This document shows, in pieces, positions 18,572 to 27,604 of a stretch of DNA of 64,000 nucleotides; positions within the stretch are counted from its first letter, which is position 1, and every line of letters starts with the position of its first letter. The notes beneath the pieces are model-generated. The model saw nothing but the letters and a program-made list of their open reading frames with translations. It had not been told where the DNA came from and searched no databases. This stretch comes from a virus, in the IMG/VR virus record IMGVR_UViG_3300022413_000009, positions 4,827-68,826 of that record, one strand, 5' to 3'. The translations under genes and the position numbers were made by a program.

Positions 18572-19766
18572 GTACTTCTTCTCCGAGTGTCAAAATCTTC
18601 TCCAAGTAAACCATCTTCTGTTCGTGGGTATTGTCCCTGACGCCCTCGCTAAGGTGAATGAACTCCTCGTAGAGAGCAGCCGCGACCCACTTCGTGCCCA
18701 TGTCAAATGCCTTCATAGCCACGTAGATTTTTCCGTTGGCAGCTCTACCCAGGTGCCCTGCGCCTAGCGTATCGAGCAAGACAATTGGGTACCGGTTCAG
18801 GTCGCATCGCAAGACATCAGTGACAAATAGTTTCGCTCTCTTGAACTGCGTCTCTTGTACCGGGCTCAGCTTGATACTGTGCTCGGGCAAGAGGTTCTTC
18901 ATCGTGTGTTCTTTATGCACCAGGAGAGCCGAGACATTGAGCGTTGGATTCGAATCCATCGTCTCCTCACGGATCTTCCCAACCACTGCCAGGAAGGTTT
19001 CGCCTGGATCCATCGATGTTCCGTGGTAATCAAGTTGGTGCTCCCACCACCCCTCACCGCAGTTTACTACCTCGCGAATGAAGTCTTCATCGTCTGAGGC
19101 AAGTATCGTGCTCATCACCATGTGCTTGCCACGCCAGTCATACTTGAGAGTCCTGTCTTCAGTCAACTCAACATCCCGTTTGATGTTGTAATTGAACCGA
19201 GCTGGGAACTTGTCCAGTGACTGGACGGCGATGCCTTTGTAATAGAGAGCCTGCCCCGCACCTGAGTGAGCTTCTGCGAACATGCCATCCACCATCGGCT
19301 TCGTCTGCAGGATGAACACCTCTTTTCCATAATGGACGTTCTCGAATTCAGCGCCTTCAACCACTATCTGTGTCCTACCTTCCACTGGCTGTGGAGCGAC
19401 ATCCTCGTTGGACACGACGCCATCCTCGTCCATCGTATTGCACCACAGCTCGCGGTAGGCGCACCACAGTTCCCAGGTCTTGCCTAGCTCAGTCGTGAAA
19501 CCTAGCTCATGGACTTTACCGTTGGGACACCGCATCTGGACGAAGCCAAACTCCTCGCCTCTGAACGTGTCATCAAACGTGCGGAATTCGAACTTACTCT
19601 TGCCGCGGTAAATCGTGACCGTCTGGCCTTCGCGCAATAAGACAGCGAGAGCATACTTCAAGCCCGTACCAAAGAACCCGATTGGATTGTCATTCTCCTT
19701 TACGGAGACACCAAAAGTCGTCACCGCCTTCAGGTCAATCAGTCCATCATTCTCGAAGACAATCAT
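18555..19766 (-). CDS. Hypothetical protein with possible GHKL-ATPase G2-box-like motif
   Basis: 403 aa; IGFFGTGLKYA resembles the GxxGxG G2 box of Hsp90/MutL/MORC-type ATPases (cf. IGQFGVGFYSA); other boxes not clearly seen. Confidence 0.3.
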   Translation of the reverse strand: MIVFENDGLIDLKAVTTFGVSVKENDNPIGFFGTGLKYALAVLLREGQTVTIYRGKSKFEFRTFDDTFRGEEFGFVQMRCPNGKVHELGFTTELGKTWELWCAYRELWCNTMDEDGVVSNEDVAPQPVEGRTQIVVEGAEFENVHYGKEVFILQTKPMVDGMFAEAHSGAGQALYYKGIAVQSLDKFPARFNYNIKRDVELTEDRTLKYDWRGKHMVMSTILASDDEDFIREVVNCGEGWWEHQLDYHGTSMDPGETFLAVVGKIREETMDSNPTLNVSALLVHKEHTMKNLLPEHSIKLSPVQETQFKRAKLFVTDVLRCDLNRYPIVLLDTLGAGHLGRAANGKIYVAMKAFDMGTKWVAAALYEEFIHLSEGVRDNTHEQKMVYLEKILTLGEEVHGRPL

Positions 19767-19996
19767 GCGTAGCCTCGTTCAGCGCGGAGCTTCTTGTTCC
19801 GCTCTTCATTCTTGCGATGCTGGTGGCGCTGGGCCATGAACTCGCGAGTGTGCCTCGCATACTTCTTCGTCATGCTGACGTTGATGTCGCCTAGGCTCAC
19901 CTGTGGTTGCCGATGATGCTGTACCACCGTCTTAGGGCCAGGGATTTTCTCCTTGCGCCTGAAGAAACTGGATACCTTGTCAATGAACTTACCCAT
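19763..19996 (-). CDS. Small basic protein
   Basis: 77 aa, K/R-rich. Confidence 0.25.
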   Translation of the reverse strand: MGKFIDKVSSFFRRKEKIPGPKTVVQHHRQPQVSLGDINVSMTKKYARHTREFMAQRHQHRKNEERNKKLRAERGYA

Positions 19997-20405
19997 ATTC
20001 TTGCCTCAATGTCGCCAAGTAAATAGGACGCACCTCACCGTCGTCCTCCAATTGGTTGAGTAACTTCTCAACCTGCTCATCTTGCCCCTCTTCTGACTGT
20101 CGCTGCTCAAGCCAGAACTCAACGTTCAGTCTCTCTTGCAGCCACTTGCCAACATCTGGGTGGATTCCCTCGACTTCACCGTCTCCTGCGTATCGAAGGA
20201 AATCGTCAATCGTCATCGCGTTGCTACATCTCATATCTTCTCCAGTACCAGGTAGCCATCGCGTCGAAGGTTGGCGATGGTGCTCGTGTTCTTGCGATGC
20301 GACCAGGCTAGGTGCTGTGTCAAGTACCCGTCGATTTGGCTGCGGGTGCGACGCTTGGCACCTCCCTTGAAGAGGTTCATCAATTGTTCGAGTGCCACAG
20401 AGCAA
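19989..20405 (-). CDS. Hypothetical protein
   Basis: 138 aa ORF. Confidence 0.3.
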   Translation of the reverse strand: MLCGTRTIDEPLQGRCQASHPQPNRRVLDTAPSLVASQEHEHHRQPSTRWLPGTGEDMRCSNAMTIDDFLRYAGDGEVEGIHPDVGKWLQERLNVEFWLEQRQSEEGQDEQVEKLLNQLEDDGEVRPIYLATLRQEYG

Positions 20406-20617
20406 TCGCTTCCGGGGCTGTAACTAGGAGCCTTGCCGGCAAGTCGGTAGATAGTTTCATCCCTTGTGATGAAAGACCGCTTGTGTCTCTTCCCGGGTGC
20501 TTCTACCACCGGAACTGCGGCGGCTTCCCCTTCAACAATGAGGTGGCATTCAACTTCCAAGCCCGCCTCTAAATACGCCGCGGCCTTTGCGAGGCTGATC
20601 TTTATTCTCGTCTTCAC
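20231..20617 (-). CDS. Hypothetical protein
   Basis: 128 aa ORF overlapping 19989..20405; one of the two starts is probably internal. Confidence 0.25.
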   Translation of the reverse strand: MKTRIKISLAKAAAYLEAGLEVECHLIVEGEAAAVPVVEAPGKRHKRSFITRDETIYRLAGKAPSYSPGSDCSVALEQLMNLFKGGAKRRTRSQIDGYLTQHLAWSHRKNTSTIANLRRDGYLVLEKI

Positions 20618-20842
20618 TTCTTTCTCCCTTTCTAGTGGAGGTCTGGTCCGCCTTCTAAAATCACTTCAAGCATGACGGGTACCATTCTATTCCCATCCCG
20701 TTTTAGGATCGTCATAGACCTAATCCGGCATCCCTCTTCCGACATTCCCTCACTCATCACGCCGAAGGCCTTGAAAGGCTTCTCTCTTTCTCGTGCGACG
20801 AATTCAATAACAGCGGACATAGGGCTCCTTCGGTTTCAATAC

Positions 20843-21259
20843 TTATACAGTATTGAAGCTGATGGCACAAATTCCTTTCGCGCTCGTCAGTATGTTCAAG
20901 ATATCCGTTGTCGAATATCCTTTGGCATCCTCCCTAATGCGTTTGATTTCAAAGCGTCGGAACATGGAGTGGCTGGCTGAGCGGTCGCTGATGTAAACTT
21001 CTCTGCCGCCAAATCCATACCACCGCATCTCATATGCGTCGTTATTGCGCGTCACGAGACAATGCAGATCAGACGCCCGGTGCCTAAGCAGGTACCCAAG
21101 GGCTGCCGCTGCTTCGGCCAGCTCGGCCATCTGAGCTTCATTCATGTCGTCTATTTTGAGGTGCTCGCGCATTCGTTCCATATCGTCAAGTCCTGGGGCG
21201 TCCCACTCAACCAAGTCGAGTGAGCGGTAACGCCCAGTGAATTCCATGAATTCAACCAT
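20843..21259 (-). CDS. Hypothetical protein
   Basis: 138 aa ORF. Confidence 0.3.
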   Translation of the reverse strand: MVEFMEFTGRYRSLDLVEWDAPGLDDMERMREHLKIDDMNEAQMAELAEAAAALGYLLRHRASDLHCLVTRNNDAYEMRWYGFGGREVYISDRSASHSMFRRFEIKRIREDAKGYSTTDILNILTSAKGICAISFNTV

Positions 21260-21451
21260 CAGTCGGCCTGTAACTTCAGCAAGGAACAGTCGCCGGCGTA
21301 ATCCGACGTCACTTTCTTTGCTGCCTCTTCCGCCGCAATCCGGAGTTGGAGAATACGAATGTATCGGATAAGGGTATCCGGGCTTCGGTTCGCCAAGTCC
21401 TTTTGTGAAGGTCTGTCATGTTCCATTTTCACGATGCTCATTTGACTCTCC

Positions 21452-21859
21452 TTAGTCTAGGTAGTCCCATTCAATTTCAGTTACGAGGAATATCTTCGTC
21501 GCGCCGTCGGCTGCTTCGACGATGAACTGCGTCGCCAACCAGTCGGTCACCGTTCCAATGAAGTCCGGGGCGTCAGTCGTGAGCACATGGACCAACCTTC
21601 CCTTGTCCGGGGCCCCTTTGGGGCGCGGGACATCCATGTAATGCTTCTCCACGAAGTGCTCGCCTTCCATCTGCTCCTCAGCTTCGATATCATCTGCGGG
21701 GCATCCGTACCTAGCGCGCAACCTGGCGGCGGCCACTTCAGCCTCTGCCTTGTTGGGCTTGACATTGGTGTTCCTCCCGTCCCTGAAGATGTTCCAGGGC
21801 ATGTCTTCCCGAGCTTCCTTGTTGCGCGGGGTTGGTTTGATTTCAATTAGCACAACCAT
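21452..21859 (-). CDS. Hypothetical protein
   Basis: 135 aa ORF. Confidence 0.3.
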   Translation of the reverse strand: MVVLIEIKPTPRNKEAREDMPWNIFRDGRNTNVKPNKAEAEVAAARLRARYGCPADDIEAEEQMEGEHFVEKHYMDVPRPKGAPDKGRLVHVLTTDAPDFIGTVTDWLATQFIVEAADGATKIFLVTEIEWDYLD

Positions 21860-22110
21860 ATCTGATTCCCCTCCATATTATAGATGGGGGCGAACGTGAA
21901 CGGCTCAGGGATTACCACCGTCTCCTCGTGCGCGATGAATTGTGCGAACATGGGAGTGTATTCTTCCACCTCGTCCTCAGTGAACAGGACGATGCTTTCG
22001 ATGACTACCACCTCATCCACCTGGGTGACTGAGTCTCCCTCTAGGATGATGTTCGTCTCTGTGAATTGCGTGATGCTCATGGCTGTTTCTCCTTCTAGTC
22101 CACCCAACAA
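21847..22110 (-). CDS. Hypothetical acidic protein
   Basis: 87 aa ORF. Confidence 0.3.
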   Translation of the reverse strand: MLGGLEGETAMSITQFTETNIILEGDSVTQVDEVVVIESIVLFTEDEVEEYTPMFAQFIAHEETVVIPEPFTFAPIYNMEGNQIWLC

Positions 22111-22331
22111 TCGGAAGCGAATTCCTCAGTGCGGGTCTCTCCGCCAATGTATTCGCCGTGGAATCCGTACTCACTTTCGAGTACCAAAACCTCGCGGCTC
22201 ATTACGCCGGCAGTCTTGATTTCGACAATCTTACCACTTTGCTCGATGTCGCATTTGAAACCGACGTAATCGCCAACCTTAACTTCAACGCCTTCGTTGG
22301 TTTCGATATTTCTGACTGTCGCTGTTCTCAT
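22095..22331 (-). CDS. Hypothetical protein
   Basis: 78 aa ORF directly downstream of conserved promoter motif. Confidence 0.35.
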   Translation of the reverse strand: MRTATVRNIETNEGVEVKVGDYVGFKCDIEQSGKIVEIKTAGVMSREVLVLESEYGFHGEYIGGETRTEEFASDCWVD

Positions 22332-22340
22332 CTTTCTTCC

Positions 22341-22440
22341 TTTCTAAGTGTGGGCAAACCCTGCCCTCATATTTAATACTACTACCATCGCAGAGAATTG
22401 CAAGAGAACGAGCGTTTCAATACTAGAAATGTGCGGTCGG
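22341..22440 (-). promoter_or_regulatory. Conserved promoter/operator-like element (copy 1)
   Basis: Minus-sense TGTGTCCGACCGCACA box, then CTTGCAAT (-35-like), then GGTAGTAGTATTAAATATGAGG (-10-like), then AAGGAAG RBS and ATG; same architecture at 24130, 25530, 49250 and partially 44190. Confidence 0.55.
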
Positions 22441-23121
22441 ACACACTTTGATGGACTTCCGAGACATAGATTTGATGCGGTTGCTGTCACCGGCAAGGAT
22501 ATCCTCCTCAAATTCCACCTCCGGATCGAAGAACCATTTCATGCCGTTCCGGTAGAAGGGTCCCATGATTCCGTAGTTCATGAGCGTGATGGTTGGATCG
22601 AACATGAAGACGAACGACGGGTCCGAGATGGTTGCCCACCTCTTAATCTGGTGAGGTTGGATGGTCCCCATGTGGCTGGCATTGCCGAGCCTCTGCAGGG
22701 ATTCCTGAGCTAGGTATTGGAACGTCTCCAGCTCGTCTCGGAAGGCGAGTGTCGCCTCCTCCATGCTCATGTCATCGTCGATTCCGACGTTGTCAGCAAA
22801 GCCGAGTTCGTACCTCTTGCCTCGGGTAGCCTGTTCCAGGAAGTCCTCATCTGGTAGCAAACGGTCCTCATCTACTTCGACCTCAAGCAAGAGAAAGTCC
22901 TCTTTGCCGACTGTCGCGCTCATAGCGAAGTACAGGGCATAGGAATTGGTTAGGTAGACGAGGTCATCCCTGCTTGGAAATTCCTCCCAGTTCCCGGGTC
23001 GATCCCCGCGAGGCTGAATCCCCTTCTCCAGGATATCGCCTAGCTTGGCGGCGGTTGTCCCGTGGTAGAGTTTCATTCCGGTTCCTCTGTCACGTCTAGG
23101 ACCTTGTGGGTGTCGAGGCAA
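22423..23121 (-). CDS. Tpt1/KptA-like (RNA 2'-phosphotransferase / ADP-ribosyltransferase fold) protein
   Basis: Internal start MKLYHGTTAAKLGDILEKGIQPRG parallels the KptA NAD-binding lobe FLYHGTASRFLDEILKQGLKP with the H-G-T motif; the N-terminal 15 aa of the track ORF are probably not translated. Confidence 0.45.
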   Translation of the reverse strand: MPRHPQGPRRDRGTGMKLYHGTTAAKLGDILEKGIQPRGDRPGNWEEFPSRDDLVYLTNSYALYFAMSATVGKEDFLLLEVEVDEDRLLPDEDFLEQATRGKRYELGFADNVGIDDDMSMEEATLAFRDELETFQYLAQESLQRLGNASHMGTIQPHQIKRWATISDPSFVFMFDPTITLMNYGIMGPFYRNGMKWFFDPEVEFEEDILAGDSNRIKSMSRKSIKVCPTAHF

Positions 23122-23805
23122 TCATGCTGCTTCTTGCCCACAAGGTCGATGAATGCCTTACCGACACATTCGTATCGGTTCCCGTTGCTATAGGTTCCCA
23201 TTAGAGTCTCATTCGTCTCTACCTCCACTATGGTTACGATGAATTTCATTACGTTCTCCCAGGGCGGTAATCATCTCTGGTGTCTCCGCCCAGCTCGGTA
23301 ATCATGAGCTCTAGGACAGTCAGGTCATATTTGAGCTGATCCGTCATTTGATTGGGCGCCCTCGTGAGGCAGACGATTGTCCGTTTCAGGACCGCGATTT
23401 TTTCTTCTCTTGTAGTCATGCCACCCCCTACAGGTTACGTTCAGCGATTACGCAACGGGGGTCATCGCGCTCACCCGTCGTTGCGATTGATTTTAGAAGC
23501 TTCAACATGCTCGTGAGAGTGTTGTATTCGTCGCGGCCCATTCCTTCTTCGCCCATGACGACTTCCACCGTCATTGCGAGGTCTTCCGCTTCAAGTTTCG
23601 TGATGTTCATGGCTGTGTCCCTTTCTAGGCGATAAGGTTCTTCTTCACGAGCTCCTTACGAAGGTGGTTCAGAATATCGCAAGTGATTTCGTGAAAGTAG
23701 GTCTCGGCGATGCCTTCGGCGTCAGCCTCGGCGTGTACGAGAGTTTCAATCTCAGTGGCAATCTGTTCGACGGTCATCATGGCTTCTCTCCAAAAATGGA
23801 GCCCC

Positions 23806-24117
23806 TTATGACAGGGGCTCGTATTCTATTCCTTCTTCCTCAGCCCACTCCTTGTGATACTTGTAGGCTTCGTCGTTCAGGTAGATGATGGTAATGCCTT
23901 CTCCGTTTTCACCAAGGCCCAAATGACCCGTCTTCGGCGAAAGTTCCTCTACCCAGATGACACCCTTCTTTTGAAGGCTGGATACGACACCACCAACGGC
24001 GTGAATATCCAGGTCATCGGTGACCAATTGGTCAGCGGTGACGTCGCTAAATCCTGGCTCGGCATACAAGTTATCGATGATGCTCTTCAGGACTGTGGTT
24101 TCTTTAACTGTGAACAT
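23806..24117 (-). CDS. Hypothetical protein
   Basis: 103 aa ORF followed by promoter-motif copy. Confidence 0.3.
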   Translation of the reverse strand: MFTVKETTVLKSIIDNLYAEPGFSDVTADQLVTDDLDIHAVGGVVSSLQKKGVIWVEELSPKTGHLGLGENGEGITIIYLNDEAYKYHKEWAEEEGIEYEPLS

Positions 24118-24129
24118 GGCTTTCTTCCC

Positions 24130-24240
24130 TTTCTATGGTAATGCGTGTCTTCATATTTAATACTAACACCGTGACTGGTCATTGCAAGGAATTGAAGCAT
24201 TTAATACAAGAAACGTGCGGTCGGACACACTTTATTCAGC
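24130..24240 (-). promoter_or_regulatory. Conserved promoter/operator-like element (copy 2)
   Basis: CTTCATATTTAATACTAACACCGTGACTGGTCATTGCAAGG ... GTGCGGTCGGACACACTTT on plus strand. Confidence 0.5.
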
Positions 24241-24315
24241 CAAAAAGAACCCCCGTTGCCGGGGGTCCAGATGGAGGATTTGCACCTCCAGGGAGAGCAG
24301 CCACGCTCTGTTTGG

Positions 24316-24729
24316 TTATGCTGCGGTAGCCCAGAACTTCTCAATGTCCTCAGCGGGCGTATCAGACGGGTAGACCTCCACTCGACGGTGGCCCTCCCCG
24401 TTCCAAAAGGCCTTCAGCCCATGCTTGATGAGGACTCCCAAGACCTCGTAAGCGGGTCCCGTGTGGCTCAGGTAAAGAGTGGCGTGAAGATCCTTCGTCT
24501 TCTCGCCGTCCTTGTGCCAGCTTCGCCATTCTCCTTCGCGGAAGGAATCGTCATCCTGGTTGTGCCAGAAGACAACCTTAGCGTCGTCATCCGATATTCC
24601 TTTCTTCTCGAGTGCTTCATGAGCTGCGGCGTTACCGCAAGTCTGGCAGCACCAGAAGTCCATGCGAGCGAACCATCCAAGTTTTCGTAACTCAGCGAAC
24701 GCTGCCTTCAATTTGTCTCTGTCATTCAT
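24316..24729 (-). CDS. Hypothetical protein
   Basis: 137 aa ORF. Confidence 0.3.
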   Translation of the reverse strand: MNDRDKLKAAFAELRKLGWFARMDFWCCQTCGNAAAHEALEKKGISDDDAKVVFWHNQDDDSFREGEWRSWHKDGEKTKDLHATLYLSHTGPAYEVLGVLIKHGLKAFWNGEGHRRVEVYPSDTPAEDIEKFWATAA

Positions 24730-24744
24730 GGCCTTTCTCCTTGT

Positions 24745-25533
24745 TCACCAGTATCGGCGGTCGTAATGGTCTTCCAAATCGTCCGCCGACTCAAGCTCAC
24801 CGGCGTACCCTATGTATCTCCTATTCGAAGCGACTGTCGCTTTCCACTCAGCATCGTCGATGTCCCAGGCGGAGTTCAACCAACGGATGTTTCCGTTTTC
24901 CCGAATCATAATTCGGTAGTCGCCGTTCTTGCCTTCCTTGTGAATGATGAAGACGACATCCGAGAGCGAGCTCTGCGGTTCCTTCTCCAAGACCTTCACC
25001 GGGATTTTTCTTTCGCCCTTCGCGAGGACGAGATAGATATTCTGGATCCGATGCAGGCGTCCAGCTGCCCAGTCAACTGTCTCTTTTCCGTCCCAGGCAG
25101 CGACATGGCCGTCGACACTGAAGATGTATCTCTTCGTGTCTCCTCTCAGGCGCAAATCCTTCTCCACGGCTGCAATCGTTTTCAACCCGTCGAAGTTGGG
25201 TGTCACCTTCTGCAGGCGAAGCCCTACCTTTTCGAATGCGTCCAAGAACATGTAGTGGTGCGGTCCTCTCTTCGGCTTGCGGCCTTCAGCTTCTAAGACA
25301 GCGTGGGCGCGGTCATAGTCGCCATCGAGCATGACTGCGAGAGCGCGGACGGTACAATCGTTGTCCTCTCCCTTCATGCGCGATGCTTTCGCGATTGTGT
25401 TCTTGATGTCTGACATGGCTGTGTCCCTTTCTAGCTTTCTACATTCGGGATTTTTTGTTGCGTCGGATGAATCCCTTAACACCCTGGGGTTTCGCCTACT
25501 GCGCCGGTAATTAGAGTACCTTTGCCTGTTCAA
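24745..25533 (-). CDS. Hypothetical protein
   Basis: 262 aa ORF. Confidence 0.35.
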   Translation of the reverse strand: MNRQRYSNYRRSRRNPRVLRDSSDATKNPECRKLERDTAMSDIKNTIAKASRMKGEDNDCTVRALAVMLDGDYDRAHAVLEAEGRKPKRGPHHYMFLDAFEKVGLRLQKVTPNFDGLKTIAAVEKDLRLRGDTKRYIFSVDGHVAAWDGKETVDWAAGRLHRIQNIYLVLAKGERKIPVKVLEKEPQSSLSDVVFIIHKEGKNGDYRIMIRENGNIRWLNSAWDIDDAEWKATVASNRRYIGYAGELESADDLEDHYDRRYW

Positions 25534-25625
25534 CTAACCCTCATATTCAATACTACTACCGTGACTGATCATTGCAAGTGTTCATTCATGTTTAATACTA
25601 AACTGTGCGGTCGGACACACTTTAT
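25530..25625 (-). promoter_or_regulatory. Conserved promoter/operator-like element (copy 3)
   Basis: CCTCATATTCAATACTACTACCGTGACTGATCATTGCAAGTG ... TGTGCGGTCGGACACACTTT. Confidence 0.5.
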
Positions 25626-26377
25626 CGCCAGTGGGCAGCCACCCAAGGGTCCGAAACCTTGTCCTGCTTGGGATCCCCGTGGAATACGACGATTGAGGAG
25701 TCTTCGGTGAGCTTGTCGTATTTATACGACTGGGCGGACTCGGGCAGGAAACATCGGATGTCGTCAGACATGACACGCCAAATCCAGTCCTGGTCCCCAT
25801 GGAGCTCGCGCATCACGTGATCCCCGAAGTCCGTTGAGATTCGATGCGTCTTCTCGGTTGGAGTCCAGAGCATCACGGATGAATTGTGAGCGCAATATCC
25901 GCGATTGGGGCCGAAGTTGTCAAGCATACAGAACGGATCCTGAGCTCGAACGACTTTTTCCAGCGACCCACGAATGACGATGTCCAAATCAATGTAGAGT
26001 ATCCGCTGACTGGGTCCGAAGAGGTTTGGATCGAACAATCCAACCTTCTGCCACCACCCCTCAGCCGTTGACGCTGGGTGTATTCGAAAGACGCCGTCGA
26101 TTTCATCACTGAAAGGTGTGATGCAAATGAAGTCATATCTCACCGCACCAGGCATGTTCCGCGCTACCATGTTCTTGAGGCGCTCGACGTATTCAATGCC
26201 GAACTTATTGCCCCACCAGACGCAGACGACTGTCAGGCGGTGTGGTAGACCTCCGAGCGTTATCCGACGAGCTTTAGAGGGGACCGCTGGTTTGCCGTAG
26301 CTCTTGTGGGCGGCTCCAGGATTATGTCCCGATGCACTTCCTGGACGATTCGATAATTGTACTCTTTTCTTAGCCAT
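25622..26377 (-). CDS. Putative GT-A fold nucleotide-sugar glycosyltransferase (DxD motif)
   Basis: 251 aa; VCVWWGNKFG N-terminal signature and YIDLDIVI DxD motif. Confidence 0.4.
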   Translation of the reverse strand: MAKKRVQLSNRPGSASGHNPGAAHKSYGKPAVPSKARRITLGGLPHRLTVVCVWWGNKFGIEYVERLKNMVARNMPGAVRYDFICITPFSDEIDGVFRIHPASTAEGWWQKVGLFDPNLFGPSQRILYIDLDIVIRGSLEKVVRAQDPFCMLDNFGPNRGYCAHNSSVMLWTPTEKTHRISTDFGDHVMRELHGDQDWIWRVMSDDIRCFLPESAQSYKYDKLTEDSSIVVFHGDPKQDKVSDPWVAAHWR

Positions 26378-26952
26378 TCGACTGCTTCTCCCTTGAACGT
26401 TCCAAGTTCATCATTCTGTGGTAGGATCTTGTCTTCGAGCATGATTATCGGGAGGCAGTTCTCAATGGTCTGCCGCGCTCCCTTCAAGACCTGTGTCTCT
26501 AGACCTTCGACATCCAGGCATATCAAATCAACTTCCTGACAGGCCGTAACCGTGTCGAGTGGCAACATCGGGATGACTCCATGCTTGCCAGGCTTGACAT
26601 ACCAGGTGCCGGCATTCCCGTCCTCGGAGGGCGGATTCTCTAACGCGATGGCGCTACACTTGTCGCCGAGTGCTGCTTGGAAGGCAATGACGTTAGTCTC
26701 GTCGCGTGTATTTCGCGTCAGACAGCGGAAATTGATTGGATCCGGCTCAAACGTAATGACCGTCTCAAAGCGAGATGAAAGATAAGATGGCCAGATTCCG
26801 CAGGCCCCGCCCGCTTGTACGACCGTCCGAAAGGCCTGACAATAGTTAAGAGCGATATCGACATCCCTCACCCAGTCGTTGACCTGAAGAAGTTTCGTGT
26901 CGTGTTCCGGCCACAGCCATTTGCGACCGAAGAAGAGGATTGACTTATACAT
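26260..26952 (-). CDS. FkbM-family SAM-dependent methyltransferase
   Basis: 230 aa; VVQAGGACGIWPSYLS and downstream FEPDP...ALGD motifs typical of Methyltransf_21/FkbM. Confidence 0.5.
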   Translation of the reverse strand: MYKSILFFGRKWLWPEHDTKLLQVNDWVRDVDIALNYCQAFRTVVQAGGACGIWPSYLSSRFETVITFEPDPINFRCLTRNTRDETNVIAFQAALGDKCSAIALENPPSEDGNAGTWYVKPGKHGVIPMLPLDTVTACQEVDLICLDVEGLETQVLKGARQTIENCLPIIMLEDKILPQNDELGTFKGEAVEWLRKEYNYRIVQEVHRDIILEPPTRATANQRSPLKLVG

Positions 26953-27604
26953 GCTTGAACACCCATTCGAATTTGAACTTCGCTACGATTTCGTAGCCCC
27001 TGGCCACCAACCATTCTGAGGCGGCGTCTACCGGAACTGTCATCTGCTGAAGAGTGTGGTGCTCCAATGCGATGACAGGCTGATGCTCTTCAATTGTCTT
27101 TTCTGCGCCCTTGAGAGCGAAGAGCTCACGGCCCTCAATATCTAAGTGAAGGAAGTCAACGCTTCCGTCGAAAGTTTGATCATCTAGACGAACCTGAATG
27201 GCGTCACCCTCGACATCTGGTTCGACGTATCGTGCTCCATACGAGATTGGCTTTCTCGAGATGTGCTTCACCGTCACCATCTCATTGACATCTCCGAGAG
27301 CGTAGGGGAAAATCGTAGCGTTGTGAACACGGTCGAGGTTCACCCTCAGGCAATGCAGGTTCTCCTCGCAGGGTTCAAACGTCGCAACCTGCCGGAAGAA
27401 CTTCGAATACCTGTACGGCCAAAGGCCGATGTTGCCGCCAGCCTGAATGCAGATGTCGTCTTTTGTGACGTACTCCAAGAGCGCGGTGGTCTCTTTCGTG
27501 ACAATGTCGAAGTGAACTGGGGTGCTCAAATCGCCGGCGGGGTACAGCCAATTGCTCTTTTCGCACCAGCCGAATTTGTGGTGGAATCTGTCATAGAGCT
27601 TCAC
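26945..27604 (-). CDS. FkbM-family SAM-dependent methyltransferase (paralogue)
   Basis: 219 aa; CIQAGGNIGLWPYRYS, TFEPCEEN, FPYALGD, same architecture as neighbour. Confidence 0.5.
   Translation of the reverse strand: MKLYDRFHHKFGWCEKSNWLYPAGDLSTPVHFDIVTKETTALLEYVTKDDICIQAGGNIGLWPYRYSKFFRQVATFEPCEENLHCLRVNLDRVHNATIFPYALGDVNEMVTVKHISRKPISYGARYVEPDVEGDAIQVRLDDQTFDGSVDFLHLDIEGRELFALKGAEKTIEEHQPVIALEHHTLQQMTVPVDAASEWLVARGYEIVAKFKFEWVFKHV

Noticed and set aside
22341-25625. CRISPR array (regularly recurring about 40-bp motif)
   Set aside because: Copies are 1.3-1.9 kb apart with genes in between. They show promoter-like -35/-10 spacing rather than repeat-spacer periodicity.
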